DNA from: Pyrobaculum calidifontis JCM 11548
GTDB taxonomy: Archaea > Thermoproteota > Thermoprotei > Thermoproteales > Thermoproteaceae
DNA: 32,000 nucleotides
Reading direction: 5' to 3'
NCBI RefSeq assembly: GCF_000015805.1
Contig: NC_009073.1
Span: forward strand, 1,380,001-1,412,000
Shown: positions 31,565 to 32,000 of the stretch, in pieces
Position numbering within the stretch: position 1 is the first letter of the stretch
Layout of the letters: each line of letters begins with the position of its first letter
Notes under the pieces: generated by a model
The model's database searches: none
The model's input: the letters and a program-made list of their open reading frames with translations, nothing else
Told to the model about the DNA's origin: nothing
Position numbers and translations under genes: made by a program

Positions 31565-32000
31565 ATGCGCCTCCTCATCGTGGCAGACGTCCACGACGCC
31601 GTGGAGATGGTCAAGAGGATTAGGGAGTCCGTGGACGCGGTGATCGCTGCGGGGGACTTCACCTATAGGGGCACTCTAGAGACCTCTGCCGCGGTCCTCC
31701 ACGCCCTCGCCGAGCTGGGCCCAGTCTACTTTGTCCCAGGCAACTGCGACCCTCCCCAGCTCGCCGACTACACGGCCGACGGAGTCTACCCTCTACACAG
31801 CCGTGTGGTCCAGCTCGGGCCCTTCCGGGTGGGGGGTGTGGGGGGTAGCACTCCCACCCCCTTCCCATACGCCAATCTGTTCGTCATGGGGGAAGGGGAG
31901 TTTGAGGCGTTGCTGAGGGGCCTCTCCCCAACGCCGCATGTCTTCGTCTCGCACGATCCCCCGAGGGGCCACTTAGACAGAGTGGGAGGGGTGAGGCCGG
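31565..32000 (+). CDS. Calcineurin-like metallophosphoesterase, 3' end outside the window
   Basis: Absent from the ORF track because there is no stop in the window. My translation from the ATG at 31565 is MRLLIVADVHDAVEMV...AAGDFTYRG...VYFVPGNCD...HVFVSHDPPRGHLD. This shows the D-x-H, GD, GN-x-D and H blocks of the family. Confidence 0.7.
   Translation, partial: MRLLIVADVHDAVEMVKRIRESVDAVIAAGDFTYRGTLETSAAVLHALAELGPVYFVPGNCDPPQLADYTADGVYPLHSRVVQLGPFRVGGVGGSTPTPFPYANLFVMGEGEFEALLRGLSPTPHVFVSHDPPRGHLDRVGGVRP

Noticed and set aside
1-32000. Mobile elements, integrases, transposases or long direct or inverted repeats flanking the island.
   Set aside because: No transposase- or integrase-like translation and no long terminal repeats were seen in this window. 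The island boundaries, if any, lie outside it.

Overview
The window is GC-rich and coded almost entirely on the minus strand. It reads like a respiratory island from a Thermoproteales (Pyrobaculum-type) crenarchaeon. That assignment is an inference from three things: a PaREP1-like gene, TATA boxes about 21-28 nt from start codons (leaderless-type promoters), and a CcmE with the archaeal CxxxY motif. No database search was possible, so every call rests on motifs read from the translations.

Layout:
(i) 1-10068: a variant System I cytochrome c maturation set (Trx-CcdA fusion, CcmB, CcmA, CcmE, CcmC, CcmF and an extra polytopic protein), interleaved with two secreted multihaem cytochromes that carry C-terminal anchors.
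(ii) 10110-14222: an operon encoding a secreted N-glycosylation-rich protein, a membrane-anchored octahaem NapC/NirT-like cytochrome, and a secreted Lon-like (S16) plus helical-repeat protein.
(iii) 14276-17488: a second octahaem cytochrome, two 4Fe-4S proteins and an NrfD-type membrane subunit, with no catalytic subunit.
(iv) 17544-21441 and 25116-29805: two PsrABC-type molybdopterin oxidoreductase operons.
(v) Between them: a HEPN/MNT pair (HEPN frameshifted), a decayed ORF, two tandem GC-rich hairpins, an FAH-family hydrolase, panB and a PaREP1-like gene.
(vi) 29897-31385: three small genes, two with ribbon-helix-helix-like N-termini.
(vii) 31565 to the window end: a partial metallophosphoesterase.

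Main findings:
- All nine promoters of the cytochrome, ccm and oxidoreductase operons carry a helically phased TGTACA/TATACA hexamer array. Its central hexamer starts 43-45 nt upstream of the start codon.
- The adjacent RHH gene has a perfect 8-3-8 palindrome built on the same TGTAC core, lying over its own start.
- Together these suggest an undescribed regulator and regulon controlling a candidate outward electron-transfer chain: quinol oxidation by the NrfD/FeS/octahaem module, then anchored multihaem cytochromes.
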